NCBI GenBank assembly: GCA_937996685.1
Contig: CALKUP010000015.1
Coordinates: 71,900-135,899, forward strand
DNA from: an uncultured bacterium
GTDB taxonomy: Bacteria > Patescibacteriota > Patescibacteriia > UBA9570 > XYC2-FULL-38-9
Length of the DNA: 64,000 nucleotides
Direction of reading: 5' to 3'
Part shown: positions 63,164 to 64,000 of the stretch, piece after piece
Layout of the letters: each line of letters opens with the position of its first letter
How positions within the stretch are numbered: position 1 is the stretch's first letter
The notes under the pieces: model-generated
Database searches by the model: none
The model's input: only the letters and a program-made list of their open reading frames with translations
What the model was told of the DNA's origin: nothing
Program-made: the position numbers and the translations under genes

Positions 63164-63278
63164 CTACACCCAAAAAAGTCAAGGAAATACCCAAGCTCAG
63201 AAAGAACAATATTGCTTGGCGAAAGAGCGTACAATATGCTATACTTTGCCTATAAATCTCTGAATTTCTTACTATTTT

Positions 63279-63881
63279 ATGCATATTTACTGGCACGGAC
63301 TTTCCTGCGTGAAGCTCCAAGTGGGCGATATCAATGTCGTCATTAACCCATTCCAAAACGAGACTGGCCTTTCAATGCCAAAGCTCAAAGTTGACATCGT
63401 CGCGACAACAAATCTCGATGACCCACAAACCAACAACATCGATCGCCTTCAAGGAGATCCTATCATTGTCCAAAACGCAGGTGAATATGAAATTCACGGC
63501 GTGTTCTTTTATGGACTGCAACACAAATCAGGCAACACCTTGTTTGCAATTGAAGCTGAAGGCATGCGCTTGGGTCATCTTGGCAGCGAACCCGTTGAAC
63601 TCACCTCTCAAGAGTTAGAATTATTCGAAGGCGTCGATATTTTGTTCCTCCCAATCACTGGCGACCAAAAATTAATCGCGAAACTCATCTCGCACATTGA
63701 ACCACGCGTCATTATCCCGATCCAATACGCGTCAAAGGGTGTCAAAGCAAAACTCGACAATCTCGAAGGCTTCAGTAAAGAAATGGGAATGAAGATGCCT
63801 GAACCAGAAACAAAAGTCATCATCAAAGAAAAGCAATTGCCTGCCGAAGAAACACAAGTGATTGTCCTTGCAGCCGCTTAA
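63279..63881 (+). CDS. Metallo-beta-lactamase-fold protein (Lactamase_B_3-like; metal ligands degenerate)
   Basis: IYWHGLSCV, GEYEIHGV, GHLG, VDILFLP, PRVIIPI. Confidence 0.8.
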   Translation: MHIYWHGLSCVKLQVGDINVVINPFQNETGLSMPKLKVDIVATTNLDDPQTNNIDRLQGDPIIVQNAGEYEIHGVFFYGLQHKSGNTLFAIEAEGMRLGHLGSEPVELTSQELELFEGVDILFLPITGDQKLIAKLISHIEPRVIIPIQYASKGVKAKLDNLEGFSKEMGMKMPEPETKVIIKEKQLPAEETQVIVLAAA

Positions 63882-63899
63882 CTCCATATCACCCAGGCT

Positions 63900-64000
63900 A
63901 TGAACGCTGAAGAACAAAAAAAATTCGCCATTCTCGTTGGACTCGCCTTTCTCATCATCGTCCTTCTCTGGATTGCAACGTGGGGTTGGCAAAGTCAGCA
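63900..64000 (+). CDS. Membrane-anchored protein, 3'-truncated by window edge
   Basis: MNAEEQKKFAILVGLAFLIIVLLWIATW. Confidence 0.55.
   Translation, partial: MNAEEQKKFAILVGLAFLIIVLLWIATWGWQSQ

Noticed and set aside
1-64000. CRISPR array, rRNA, prophage, reverse transcriptase or DGR
   Set aside because: No regularly spaced repeats, no rRNA signatures, no RT or phage structural genes; the repeat pairs are non-coding and their differences are not adenine-specific
1-64000. UGA-to-Gly recoding (code 25)
   Set aside because: Conserved genes are full length in code 11 and TGA serves as a normal stop

Overview
Bacterial chromosomal window, most likely from a Patescibacteria (CPR) genome; this is inferred from AT-rich SD-less housekeeping starts, tRNA-Ile(UAU), WxL-like surface proteins and gene content. 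0.6-27.7 kb is an ion-homeostasis region: a complete V/A-type ATPase operon with a Na+-type K subunit, NhaB, two Kup, two TrkH/KtrB, an ArsB/NhaD-type permease, two CBS proteins, PadR and an APC permease. The rest holds six tRNAs, rplS, ddl, rluD, ftsH, rpsA, surface/glycosylation genes and orphans. The main unexplained signal is a second class of about ten monocistronic, GC-richer genes. Most have a sigma70-like promoter, a structured leader and trailer, and a strong Shine-Dalgarno that housekeeping genes lack. Two pairs share near-identical flanks around different coding sequences: the two divergent kup genes (about 290-nt leader and 140-nt trailer that base-pair around the ORF) and two unrelated small membrane-protein genes (83-nt leader, about 87-nt trailer). 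There is also a tRNA-Ser with the rare anticodon ACU. All assignments come from reading the sequence by eye; no searches or folding programs were run.
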